Assembly: GCA_963758705.1 (NCBI GenBank)
Contig: CAVWWN010000023.1
Span: forward strand, 542,050-606,049
DNA: 64,000 nt
Reading direction: 5' to 3'
Source: an uncultured Actinomycetota bacterium
GTDB taxonomy: Bacteria > Actinomycetota > Thermoleophilia > Solirubrobacterales > Solirubrobacteraceae
Shown: positions 44,495 through 52,785 of the stretch, one piece after another
How positions within the stretch are numbered: position 1 is the stretch's first letter
Layout of the letters: each line of letters starts with the position of its first letter
The notes under the pieces: generated by a model
Databases searched by the model: none
What the model saw: the letters and a program-made list of their open reading frames with translations, nothing else
Told to the model about the DNA's origin: nothing
Translations under genes and position numbers: made by a program

Positions 44495-45293
44495 ATGAAC
44501 GAACCACTCCTTCACAACAAGAGCACGATCATCTACGGCGCCGGGGGCGGGATCGGGTCCGGCGTCGCCCTGGAGTTCGCCCGGCAGGGGGCGCGGCTGT
44601 TCCTGGCCGGGCGCACGCGCGCGCCGCTGGAGCGCATCGCCGATCAGGTGGCGGCGCTCGGGGCGGGCGCCGAGGTCGCCGTCGTCGACGCGCTGGACGA
44701 GCAGGCGGTCGAGCGCCATGCCGACGGCGTGGTGGTGGCGGCCGGAGGCATCGACGTGTCCATCAACGTCATCTCCCGCGGCGACGTCCAGGGGACCCCG
44801 CTGATCGAGATGTCCTCCGAGGACCTGCTGGCACCGGTGGTCGCCGGGCTGCGGACCAACTTCCTCACCGCGCGCGCCGCGGCCCGGCGCATGGTGCGCC
44901 GGAGCTCGGGGGTGATCCTCACCGTCACCAGCGGGTCAAGTCATGCGGCGCAGCCCCTGATGGGCGGCACCGGGCCGGCTGACGCCGCCATCGAGTCGAT
45001 GCTGCGCTACCTCGCTGCCGAGATCGGCCCCCAGGGCGTCCGGGTGCTGGGGCTGTGGACCGCCGGCGTGCCGGAAACCTTCGATCGGGCGCACGACACC
45101 AACGAGGCGCGCCGCGCCCTGGGCCTGACCGGGCGAGCAGATCGAGGCCATGATCGGCCCACGGACGATGCTCGGCCGGGCGCCGCGGCTGGACCAGGTG
45201 GCCCAGTCGATCGCGTTCCTGGCCTCCGATCGCGCCGACGGCATCACCGCGACGACGCTCAACGTCACCTGCGGCCTCGTCCCCGGTCCCTGA
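44495..45293 (+). CDS. Short-chain dehydrogenase/reductase, 1 frameshift
   Basis: MNEPLLHNKSTIIYGAGGGIGSGVALEFARQGARLFLAGR...ILTVTSGSS...ESMLRYLAAEIGPQGVRV... Break near 45130, then EQIEAMIGPRTMLGRAPRLDQVAQSIAFLASDRADGITATTLNVTCGLVPGP*. The TGA lies 1 nt before the sigma-factor ATG. Confidence 0.7.
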
Positions 45294-45294
45294 C

Positions 45295-46293
45295 ATGGGC
45301 GCCGGAGATTTCGAGACCCGGGCGCAACGCCATCGCCGCGAGCTGCACGTGCACTGCTACCGGATGCTTGGGTCCTTCGACGAGGCCGAGGATGCCGTCC
45401 AGGAGACGCTGCTGCGCGCGTGGCGCGGGCGATCCCAGGTCGACTCGGACTCCGGCTTCCGGCCGTGGCTGTACCGGATCGCCACCAACTACTGCCTCGA
45501 CGTGCTGCGCCGGCGCAAGCGCCGCCCGCAGACGGTGACCTCCTTTGCCGAGGTCCCCTGGCTTCAGCCGTATCCGGATCGTCTGCTGGACGAGCTTCCG
45601 GCCGGGCCCGGCGACGAGCCCGACGTGGTCGCCGTGGCCCGCGAGACGATCGAGCTGGCGTTCATCGCCGTCGTGCAGGAGCTGCCGCCGCGCCAGCGCG
45701 CGGCGGTACTGCTGTGTGACGTGATGGGCTGGTCGCCGCGGGAGACCTCAGAGCTGCTCGAGACGAGCCTGCCCGCCACCAACAGCGCGCTGCAGCGGGC
45801 CCGGGCCAAGCTCGCCGAGCGGCGCCCCGCCGGGGGCACCGAGGTGGGCGCGACGACCGCGGCCGGCAACCTTGACCCGCGCGAGCGCGAGCTGGTTCAG
45901 GCGCTCATCGACATCCATGAGGGCGCCGACGCCGACCGCGCCGCCACGCTGCTCGCGGAGGACGTTCGCGTCACCATGCCTCCCAACCCGTGGCTGTACG
46001 AGGGCCGCGAGGCGGTGCTCACACTGCTCGAGTTCGGAACGGGCTACAACGGCCCGGGCGAGTGGTGGCTCGTGCCCACCGCCGCCAACCGGCAGCCAGC
46101 CACCGCCAGCTATCTCCGGGACTGGGACGACACCGTCTTCCGCGCCTTCAAGCTCGACGTGTTCGACATCCGCGATGGCCTGGTCGCCGAGATCACGACG
46201 TTCGGCAGCGGCCAGTTCGAGGCGTTCGGGCTGCCCCCGACGCGGGAGGGCCCGCGCGCGCGGCCACAGATGGGCGAGCCGAGGCAGGCCTAG
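45295..46293 (+). CDS. ECF-type sigma-70 factor with a fused C-terminal NTF2/SnoaL-like domain (SigJ/ECF41-like architecture)
   Basis: 332 aa, intact. Region 2: HRRELHVHCYRMLGSFDEAEDAVQETLLRAWR...WLYRIATNYCLDVLRRR. Region 4: PPRQRAAVLLCDVMGWSPRETSELLETSLPATNSALQRARAKL. An extra domain of about 130 aa follows. Confidence 0.85.
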   Translation: MGAGDFETRAQRHRRELHVHCYRMLGSFDEAEDAVQETLLRAWRGRSQVDSDSGFRPWLYRIATNYCLDVLRRRKRRPQTVTSFAEVPWLQPYPDRLLDELPAGPGDEPDVVAVARETIELAFIAVVQELPPRQRAAVLLCDVMGWSPRETSELLETSLPATNSALQRARAKLAERRPAGGTEVGATTAAGNLDPRERELVQALIDIHEGADADRAATLLAEDVRVTMPPNPWLYEGREAVLTLLEFGTGYNGPGEWWLVPTAANRQPATASYLRDWDDTVFRAFKLDVFDIRDGLVAEITTFGSGQFEAFGLPPTREGPRARPQMGEPRQA

Positions 46294-46616
46294 CGGCGGA
46301 TGATCTTGACCCGGCCCTGACGGCCCGGGTTGAGCCCCAGCTTGACGATCGCGTCGCCGACGGCGACCTCGTCGATCCACACGCGCTCGTTCTCGTTGAG
46401 CGCGGCCAGCGCACTCACCTGCTGCATCACGGTGGCCAGGCGAGCGATCTCATCGCAGCTGCCCTCCAGCGGCTCGATGCCGCGCTCGGTGACGAACGTC
46501 ACGGCGATGCCGTCCGCCGTCTCCCTGGCTCCAATCAGCTCGAGGCTCAAGGCCCCTCCATTTCCGAGACGTCCTGTCCCAAGATCAGACAACTGTAGTG
46601 GAGCAACGGGCGACAT
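46290..46616 (-). CDS. Hypothetical 108-aa protein
   Basis: Internal M102 of the track ORF gives MSPVAPLQLSDLGTGRLGNGGALSLELIGARETADGIAVTFVTERGIEPLEGSCDEIARLATVMQQV... High GC3. Its stop overlaps the sigma-factor stop (CTAG). Confidence 0.4.
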   Translation of the reverse strand: MSPVAPLQLSDLGTGRLGNGGALSLELIGARETADGIAVTFVTERGIEPLEGSCDEIARLATVMQQVSALAALNENERVWIDEVAVGDAIVKLGLNPGRQGRVKIIRR

Positions 46617-46756
46617 CGGCGCAGACGTCCGCGCTACGTGCGGATAGCTATGAGGGCAAGGCGGTGGAGATGAACTCGGGCTGGTCGAGCACCCGCAGCC
46701 ACCTTCCGTCGGGCTGGCGGCGGACCACCTGGGCGCGCGCCCGCCGGATGGGCGCC

Positions 46757-47764
46757 TCAGGCCGCGTCCAGCTCCAGGAGCTCCTGGAAGAAGATGAGCG
46801 ACGCGCGCCCGATTCGGCGCGCCACGTCCTGCTCGCCGGGGCCGACGGGGACGACGGGCAGCCACACGACCCCTGCGCGCGTGATGTTGACGTCCAGCTC
46901 CGCCTGCACCCGGGCGCACGCCCGCTCCCAGCCCGGCGCCGCGCCCGCCTTGCGCAGCGCCGCGCCGTGGTCTGAGACCGACACCCGGCGCTCGCGAGAC
47001 AGGACCCAGACCCGGACCGGGTCCGCGGGCCCGTATTCAAGGCCCGTATCGACGATCGACTCGGCCCGGGCGGGCTCGGACGTCTCGCCCAGGACCCCGG
47101 CGGCCGCGTCGAGCAGGGCCGCGATCAGGGGATGCACGGCACCGCTCGTGCTGCTGCCCACCTGCGGCTGAAACGCGGTGGCGATGAAGAACGGATGGCT
47201 GGGGAGCTCGATGCCCTCAACGCCCGCGTCGGGGGCGTGGGCGGAGATGACCACGCCGGCGCCGGCGAGCACCGGCTCGTACGCGCCGGCCAGCCCATAG
47301 CCGCAGTGGTGGTGACCCTCGAACGGCTCGTCGCCGCAGATGGCGGCCAGGCGGGTTCCCGATACGGGCGTGACGGTCCGGCGCTCGCCGTACAGAGTGC
47401 ACGCCAGCGGCGCCACCACCAGGGCGTCACCGTCGGGCTCCAGCTCGGCGCTCGTCGCGCCGCTCACCCCCGCCAGCGACCGAGCCAGCTCGACGCAGGC
47501 GTACTGGAACCCGCCGCAGGTACCGAGGAACGGCGTCCCGGTGTCCAGGCAGTGGTGGATCGCTGCCCGTGCCGCGTCATCGTCGCGGTACGGGGTGCCC
47601 GGCAGCAGCCAGATGCCGTCCACGCGGTCAAGTTCCCGCGCCTGCGCGCTGCCGGTGGCGACCCAGCCGCAGTCCACTTCGCCGGCCAGGAGCGCCAAGG
47701 TGGCGTCGATCTCACGGTGGGTGAGCTGATCGGGATCTCGGTCCCCGAGCGCGATGATCCTCAT
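46757..47764 (-). CDS. Class-I glutamine amidotransferase-like protein (CTP-synthase C-terminal-domain type) with an extra C-terminal domain
   Basis: 335 aa. PFLGTCGGFQYACVELARSL holds the nucleophile Cys; GHHHCGYGL and HPFFIATAFQPQ are also present. An unassigned C-terminal region of about 110 aa follows. ATGA coupling to the upstream ORF. Confidence 0.6.
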   Translation of the reverse strand: MRIIALGDRDPDQLTHREIDATLALLAGEVDCGWVATGSAQARELDRVDGIWLLPGTPYRDDDAARAAIHHCLDTGTPFLGTCGGFQYACVELARSLAGVSGATSAELEPDGDALVVAPLACTLYGERRTVTPVSGTRLAAICGDEPFEGHHHCGYGLAGAYEPVLAGAGVVISAHAPDAGVEGIELPSHPFFIATAFQPQVGSSTSGAVHPLIAALLDAAAGVLGETSEPARAESIVDTGLEYGPADPVRVWVLSRERRVSVSDHGAALRKAGAAPGWERACARVQAELDVNITRAGVVWLPVVPVGPGEQDVARRIGRASLIFFQELLELDAA

Positions 47765-48333
47765 GCGGGGTCGCCCCGCCGAGCGCGCTGGCGCTCGTGG
47801 TAGCCGTCGGCGACCGCATACAGCCGGGCCGGCGCGGGCTCACCCGGCGCGGCGCGCTTGTTGGGCGTCGTGTCGGGCGGCCGCATCCCCCGCGGGATGA
47901 GGTCACCGTGCGCCAGCGCCGCCGCCTTGAGCCGGCGGGCGGGCACGGCCGGGACCTCCAGCGCGCGGGCCGCCGCCTGAATCCGGCGGCGCTTGGCGCC
48001 CCATGAGAATGGCAGCGCCAGGGCCACGACCATCGCATGCTGCGCGCGCATGCCGTGGGCGTGGAGCTCGATCTGACCCCAGAGCGCGACCGCCCCACCG
48101 ACAAGGTCCGGGGTCAGCGCCGACGCGCCCCGCGGGGTGGGCGAGTACCACGCGTAGATGCCGCAGGTGCACCCGTTGGCCGGCGCCTGATGGGCGTGCG
48201 CGGGGCAGTGCGCGGTGTGCACGCCGCGATGCCAGCGCTCGCTGACGCGAAACGACCACAGCTCGTCCCCGCACAGCCGCCACTGGCGAAAGCCGATGAC
48301 GGCCGTGATGAGGTCGGGTGCCGAGGCCTCCAT
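47761..48333 (-). CDS. Hypothetical Cys/His-rich protein
   Basis: Internal M123 gives MEASAPDLITAVIGFRQWRLCGDELWSFRVSERWHRGVHTAHCPAHAHQAPANGCTCGIYAWYSP...WGQIELHAHGMRAQHAMVVAL. It is translationally coupled to the GATase-like gene. Confidence 0.5.
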   Translation of the reverse strand: MEASAPDLITAVIGFRQWRLCGDELWSFRVSERWHRGVHTAHCPAHAHQAPANGCTCGIYAWYSPTPRGASALTPDLVGGAVALWGQIELHAHGMRAQHAMVVALALPFSWGAKRRRIQAAARALEVPAVPARRLKAAALAHGDLIPRGMRPPDTTPNKRAAPGEPAPARLYAVADGYHERQRARRGDPA

Positions 48334-48343
48334 CCGCCGCCGG

Positions 48344-48559
48344 TCAGCCCGCGGGCTCGCGCGGGCGCTCCGGCTCGCCCGGGCGTTCGGCCGGGCGCGC
48401 GGGATCGGGCGGGTCCACCCGCTGCGGGGTGACGGGCACCTGGATCGGCTCGACCGTGATCGTCTTGGATGGCCCGTCCAGTGAGCTGCGCGGGCGCTCG
48501 GCGGGCGGCGAAGGTGACTCACGTGGATCCGAATGCTCCATGACCGGTGCCCACGGCAA
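48344..48559 (-). CDS. Possible small Pro-rich ORF at the head of the 48.5-46.3 kb operon
   Basis: 71 aa with acceptable GC3. The stop lies 10 nt before the next start. Low-complexity Pro/Glu/Arg sequence; weak call. Confidence 0.3.
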   Translation of the reverse strand: MPWAPVMEHSDPRESPSPPAERPRSSLDGPSKTITVEPIQVPVTPQRVDPPDPARPAERPGEPERPREPAG

Positions 48560-48628
48560 TCGTACCGCCGCCGTTGCCCCGGGCTCGCCGGTTGGCGCGT
48601 ACGCCGCCCACCAGCCCGCGCGCCTGAC

Positions 48629-48973
48629 CTACCGCGGGTCGAGCACGAAGACGCTGATGTCCCGCGCGGTGCGGGTGCGGTAGTCGTCAAAGCCCGCATA
48701 CTGCTCGTTCATCCGCCGCCACAGGTCCGCGCGCTCCTCCCCCTCGGCCACACGCGCGCTCACCCGGCGCCGGTCCGCACCCACCTCCACCTCGGCGTCG
48801 GGATGGGCCTTGAGGTTGAGCGCCCACGCCGGGGCGCGCTCGTTCCCGGCGTTGGAACCGATGATGACGATGCGCTCGCCGTCGGCGAGGTAGACGACGG
48901 GCGCGGGACGGGTCGCAAGTCCGGCGCGCGACGCACACCGGTGAGATGTGGCTGTGCGCCGGCCCGCCCGCAC
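48629..48973 (-). CDS. Deazaflavin (F420)-dependent nitroreductase-family (DUF385-like) protein, C-terminal about 100 aa; the N-terminus continues upstream in other frames (frameshifted)
   Basis: GLATRPAPVVYLADGERIVIIGSNAGNERAPAWALNLKAHPDAEVEVGADRRRVSARVAEGEERADLWRRMNEQYAGFDDYRTRTARDISVFVLDPR. Upstream, HLTGVRRA sits in a different frame, so there is at least 1 break near 48925-48945. The true start was not resolved (somewhere up to about 49208). Confidence 0.5.
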   Translation of the reverse strand: MRAGRRTATSHRCASRAGLATRPAPVVYLADGERIVIIGSNAGNERAPAWALNLKAHPDAEVEVGADRRRVSARVAEGEERADLWRRMNEQYAGFDDYRTRTARDISVFVLDPR

Positions 48974-49365
48974 GGGCCGGCAGCCAGCCTCAGGTGAGCG
49001 CCGGGGTGCCGCTCGTCGTGTCGGCAGCCTGCGTGCCGGTCATACGCCGCCCCCGCGACGTAACACCGCTCGGGTCCACAACCCTGTCCTCGCGAACGAG
49101 CAGCGGCCGCCCGTCATCGGCGCGCTTGGAGAGCACCCAGCGGCGATGTATGACCTCCGTCTCCGGCATGGCTCCGGGCAACGATCGGTCCACGTCGTCA
49201 AGACTCATCCGTGAACCTCACATCATGGGTTTGGGGGTCTCGCGGGCCAGCTTTGAGGGCGCCCGCGACCCAGGCAAGGTAATGGGTGGCAGGCCGAAAG
49301 CCATGATTGTGGTGAATCTGTACACGGTCCCCTCGAAGACCTGCAACAAATCACACAAGCTCCGG

Positions 49366-49472
49366 ATTCAGGCGGGTTTGAGTGGACTCCCGCCCCGCCA
49401 TATTCAGGCGGGGCGGTGGCGCGTGATTCAGGCGGGGCCGTGCGGAGATTCAGGCGGGGCCGTGGCGCGTGA
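49366..49472. repeat. Direct repeats of attcaggcgggg(c)cgtg: 3 tandem units of about 22-24 nt plus 1 spaced copy, spanning the stop codon of the globin gene
   Basis: Copies start near 49366, 49402, 49426 and 49448. The last copy encodes the final residues and TGA of the globin. A ggcggg...cccgcc hairpin lies between copies 1 and 2. Confidence 0.6.
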
Positions 49473-49893
49473 TCGTGAGGGTGGGCAGCTCGTCGTCGAC
49501 CGTCGCCGCATCCAGCATGCGCAGCCGCGCGTGGAAGGCCCGCGCGACGCGGTCAGCGTGGGTTTTGGCGAGCTCGGCCCGCTCGCCGGCGAAGAGCTCG
49601 TCGACGGTCGTGTGCCACAGCCACAGCCAACGCTCGAAGTGGCCCGCCCGCAGCCGGACCTGCGCATTGATGACCGCATGCGGGCGAAAGGCGCCGCCGC
49701 CGTAGGACTGGGCGCCGAGCAGGATCGTCTCCCAGAATGATGCGATCCGCGGGACGTGAGCCTCCAGGTCGAGCTTGGCCACGTCGACGAAGATGAAGCC
49801 GATCACGGGGTCGGTGAGCGCCCGGCCGTAGAAGGCGCGGACGAGCTGCTCACAGTCCTCGCGGCTCGTGATGTCGTGGCGGGGCGCTGCCAT
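49450..49893 (-). CDS. Group III truncated hemoglobin (trHb-like globin)
   Basis: 147 aa: DITSREDCEQLVRAFYGRALTDPVIGFIF...HVPRIASFWETILLGAQSYGGGAFRPHAVIN...GHFERWLWLWHTTVDELF. Confidence 0.7.
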   Translation of the reverse strand: MAAPRHDITSREDCEQLVRAFYGRALTDPVIGFIFVDVAKLDLEAHVPRIASFWETILLGAQSYGGGAFRPHAVINAQVRLRAGHFERWLWLWHTTVDELFAGERAELAKTHADRVARAFHARLRMLDAATVDDELPTLTITRHGPA

Positions 49894-49914
49894 CGTCCAT
49901 GGAGGATATGGCCG

Positions 49915-50274
49915 TCAGAGCACGCGCGGCTCGGCGGTCATCTCGCCTCCGGTGTCGCCCGTGTTGACGGTCCCATCGGGCTCGATGAGGAGCACCTCGG
50001 CGCCCTCGGCGGAGTCCGGGCAGTGCTCCACACCTCGTGGCACCACGAAGATCTCGCCCGGCTCGAGCTCGACGTCGCGGTCACGCAGGTGGATGGTCAG
50101 CCGCCCGCTGAGCACCTGGAAGAAGTCGTCGGTCTCGTCGTGCTTGTGCCACACGAACGGCCCCTTGACCTTGACGATCTGCAGCTTGTAGTCGTTGAGA
50201 TGGCCAACGATGCCGGGCTGATACGGGGCATCGAGCAACGCGAGCTTGGCCGCCAGGTTGATCTTGTCGCTCAT
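49915..50274 (-). CDS. Cupin-domain protein
   Basis: 119 aa: FVWHKHDETDDFFQVLSGRLTIHLRDRDVELEPGEIFVVPRGVEHCP. GGAGGA precedes the ATG. Confidence 0.8.
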   Translation of the reverse strand: MSDKINLAAKLALLDAPYQPGIVGHLNDYKLQIVKVKGPFVWHKHDETDDFFQVLSGRLTIHLRDRDVELEPGEIFVVPRGVEHCPDSAEGAEVLLIEPDGTVNTGDTGGEMTAEPRVL

Positions 50275-50295
50275 CGCATCCTCCTTGTCGCGCGC

Positions 50296-51209
50296 CTAGC
50301 GCTCGTGTCCGGCGAGGTCGAAGTCGGCGAGCCCGGCCGGATCGGAGATCCCGAGCTTGCGCCTCGCCCGCTCGGCAAAGCCTCCCGGATGCACGCGGAC
50401 GACGCGAGCGGCGTCGGGCCGGGCCAGGATCTCCACGCGGGCGCCCGGCTCGGCATGGCCCAGCAATTGGCCGTCGCGCTCGATCGAGACCGGTGCGCTG
50501 CGTACGGAGGATCTCGATCCCGAGGCTCTCGCCCTCGGCCAGCACGACCGCGCGGTTGAAGAGGCCGGCCGGCGCGTCGGGCATGACGATCATGCCGTGG
50601 GCACGGGGCGAGACGAGTGGCCCTCCCGCGGCAAACGCGTACGCCGTCGATCCCTGCGGCGTGGCCGTGATCACGCCGTCGCTGGCGTAGCGCACGAGCA
50701 GCTCGCCGTCGATGGACAGCGCCAGCGCCGCCTGGCCGCGGCCCGGGACCCGGGTGAGCACGATGTCGTTGTAGGCGACCTGGGCCTCGATGCCGTCCCG
50801 GGCGGCGAGCGCGAGCCCGCTGCGGCGCTCGATCGAGTACGCCCCGCGCGCCAGCGCGGCGAGGGCGCCCTCGAGGTGCACGCCGTCGATCTCGGTGAGG
50901 TAGCCCAGCGTGCCCCAGGTTGACGCCCAGCACCGGGACGCCGTGGGGACCGGCGACGCGGAGCGCGCCGAGCATGGTGCCGTCCCCGCCGAGCGCCAGG
51001 ACGACGTCGCAGCCCTCGGCCAGCGACGCCTCGGGGCGGTGAGCGACCCCGTCGGGCAGGCGGAGGTCGCCCTCGGGGCCGGTGAGGGCGACGCCATGCG
51101 TCGCCGCCCACGCGTGGATCTGCCGTAGCGGGGCGTCCAGCTCGCGCTCGGGGCGCAGGGCCAGCCCGAGGTTGCGCACCGGGATCGGCATGTCGGCGAT
51201 GGAGAGCAT
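50296..51209 (-). CDS. nadK: NAD(+) kinase, 2 frameshifts
   Basis: MLSIADMPIPVRNLGLALRPEREL...CDVVLALGGDGTMLGALRVAGPHGVPVLGVNLG / LGYLTEIDGVHLEGALAALARGAYSIERR...NDIVLTR...ASDGVITATPQGSTAYAFAAGGPLVSP / ...ERDGQLLGHAEPGARVEI...DFDLAGHER*. Breaks lie near 50905 and 50505. Confidence 0.8.
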
Positions 51210-51327
51210 GCTCTCCCGATTCTGGCGTGCCCGGCGGTCTCGCTCGTGTCGCGGCGCGGAAATCGCGGCCACTAGCATCGAGCGGCAGCCCGGGGACGAG
51301 GCTGCCCGTCCCACGGCCACCGAGCCG

Positions 51328-51840
51328 ATGACCGAGCCACTCGAGCTGACCTACGCCCTCCACCTGCTGCCGCGGGGCCGGATCTCGTTCCGGCGCTGGC
51401 GCTGGGAGCTGTGGCACGAGGCGCAGCTGCTGGCCGCCGGATGGCGGCTCAATCCGCTGCACGCCCAGCGGGCGCTGGGCGCCCATGCGTTCCGATACGT
51501 GCACCGCCTCCACGGCGTGCACCCGCTCCCCTCCCCCGCCGCGGCCCCCGCCGAACGGCTCTGGGGCGGCGGGTCGGCCGCGTTTCGCTGGGGCGACCTG
51601 CGCGTGGTGCTGACCCCACGCGCCACGTTGGACGCGTCCTGCGGCCCCGCGCTCCGGCGGGGCGCTGCGGCGCGGCTGCGGGTCAGTAGCCGCGGGGGTG
51701 GCGGGCGACGAACCCGCCGGCCGGTGACACCCGTTGCGTGGACCAGCGATCGTGTCCGTTGGACGAGCTCTGCGCCGCGGTGTCGAACCACAGCCCCGCG
51801 ATATTGGCGTAGACGTGGCCGGCGTTGGCATACAGCGTGA
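51328..51840 (+). CDS. Hypothetical protein (3' end uncertain)
   Basis: ATG-initiated part of track ORF 51082..51840: MTEPLELTYALHLLPRGRISFRRWRWELWHEAQLLAAGWRLNPLHAQRALGAHAFRYVHRL... GC3 is high. The last 160 nt or so overlap the convergent peptidase gene, so the real stop is probably earlier and masked by a frameshift. Confidence 0.3.
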   Translation: MTEPLELTYALHLLPRGRISFRRWRWELWHEAQLLAAGWRLNPLHAQRALGAHAFRYVHRLHGVHPLPSPAAAPAERLWGGGSAAFRWGDLRVVLTPRATLDASCGPALRRGAAARLRVSSRGGGGRRTRRPVTPVAWTSDRVRWTSSAPRCRTTAPRYWRRRGRRWHTA

Positions 51841-52523
51841 TCCACTGGCCGGCACCCGGCGGCGCCGTAGCTCTCCATCTGGCCCGAATCCTCGGTCTGG
51901 GAGAGCAGCCCGCCGCCGTGCAGCGCGAAGCCCACGGAGCCCGAGCAGTCGTAGCCCGAGGAGTTCCAGCTGCCGTGGCCGCCGGCGTACTCATACGGGC
52001 GTCGTGGCGATCGAGTTGGCCGCGGCGATCACCCGCTTGACGGCATCGGGCGCATCGGCGGGCGCGACCGCGAGGCCGTTGACGAGCGTCGCCTTGTCGC
52101 CGGGGGCGGTCACGGCGGGAGCCGACGCCGCTCTGGCGGCCGCCTGCGTGCCGTTGCTCACCCACGACTGCAGGGTCTGCGCGGTGTGGATCCCGACGGT
52201 GCCGCTCGGCGGGGTCAGGTTCGCGGAGACCTGGAAGCGCTGGACCGACGCCTTTGTTCCCGGGCCGAACTGTCCGTCGGTGGACGTGGTGATCCCCACC
52301 TGGGTGAGCCAGGCTGCAGCGTGCGCACGTCGCCGCCGTGGTCGCCCATCCGCAGGACGCGGTGAAACGGCGTCGTGGCGGCGGCGGCCTGAGACACCGC
52401 CGGCGCGAGCGCGACGGTCAGCGCCACCGGCGCGGCGATGGCCCACACCACGCGTGTCGACCGGGCTCTGCCCCTCGCGACGACGGCAACGGCAGAGCAG
52501 ATTCTGGATTCGGACACGCGCAA
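51683..52523 (-). CDS. Secreted cell-wall protein: signal peptide, PG_binding_1 domain and NlpC/P60-like domain; 3 frameshifts
   Basis: ...[24 protein letters not shown]...[14 protein letters not shown] / [27 protein letters not shown]...[15 protein letters not shown] / [31 protein letters not shown]...ESYGA / [26 protein letters not shown]... Confidence 0.6.
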
Positions 52524-52785
52524 CCCCGCAATTGGTCGACATTCAGCTGACTTGCCTGATGCCTACGGGGTTAGCTGACGGGCTCGCGCTTGCTCACACC
52601 AAGCGCTACCAGCGGATCACCGCCGGACTCGCCCCAAACAGATTGGGTTCCCCGCTCCCTGAGCGCGGCAGCTCAGGGACTCGGCAACTGCACACAACAG
52701 CTCCAGCGCCTCGAAGTTTCGCCGATCCGGCAGACAATCGCGTCCACCTTCGCGCCCCGGGCGGATCGCCCTAGAGTCTCGGCCG

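Noticed and set aside
48990-49208. 72-aa ORF (MSLDDVDRSLPGAMPETEVIHRRWVLSKRADDGRPLLVRED...) as an independent gene.
   Set aside because: I could not decide whether it is a separate small gene or the out-of-frame N-terminal part of the frameshifted DUF385-type gene downstream. It is not reported as a feature, and the ambiguity is noted under that gene.
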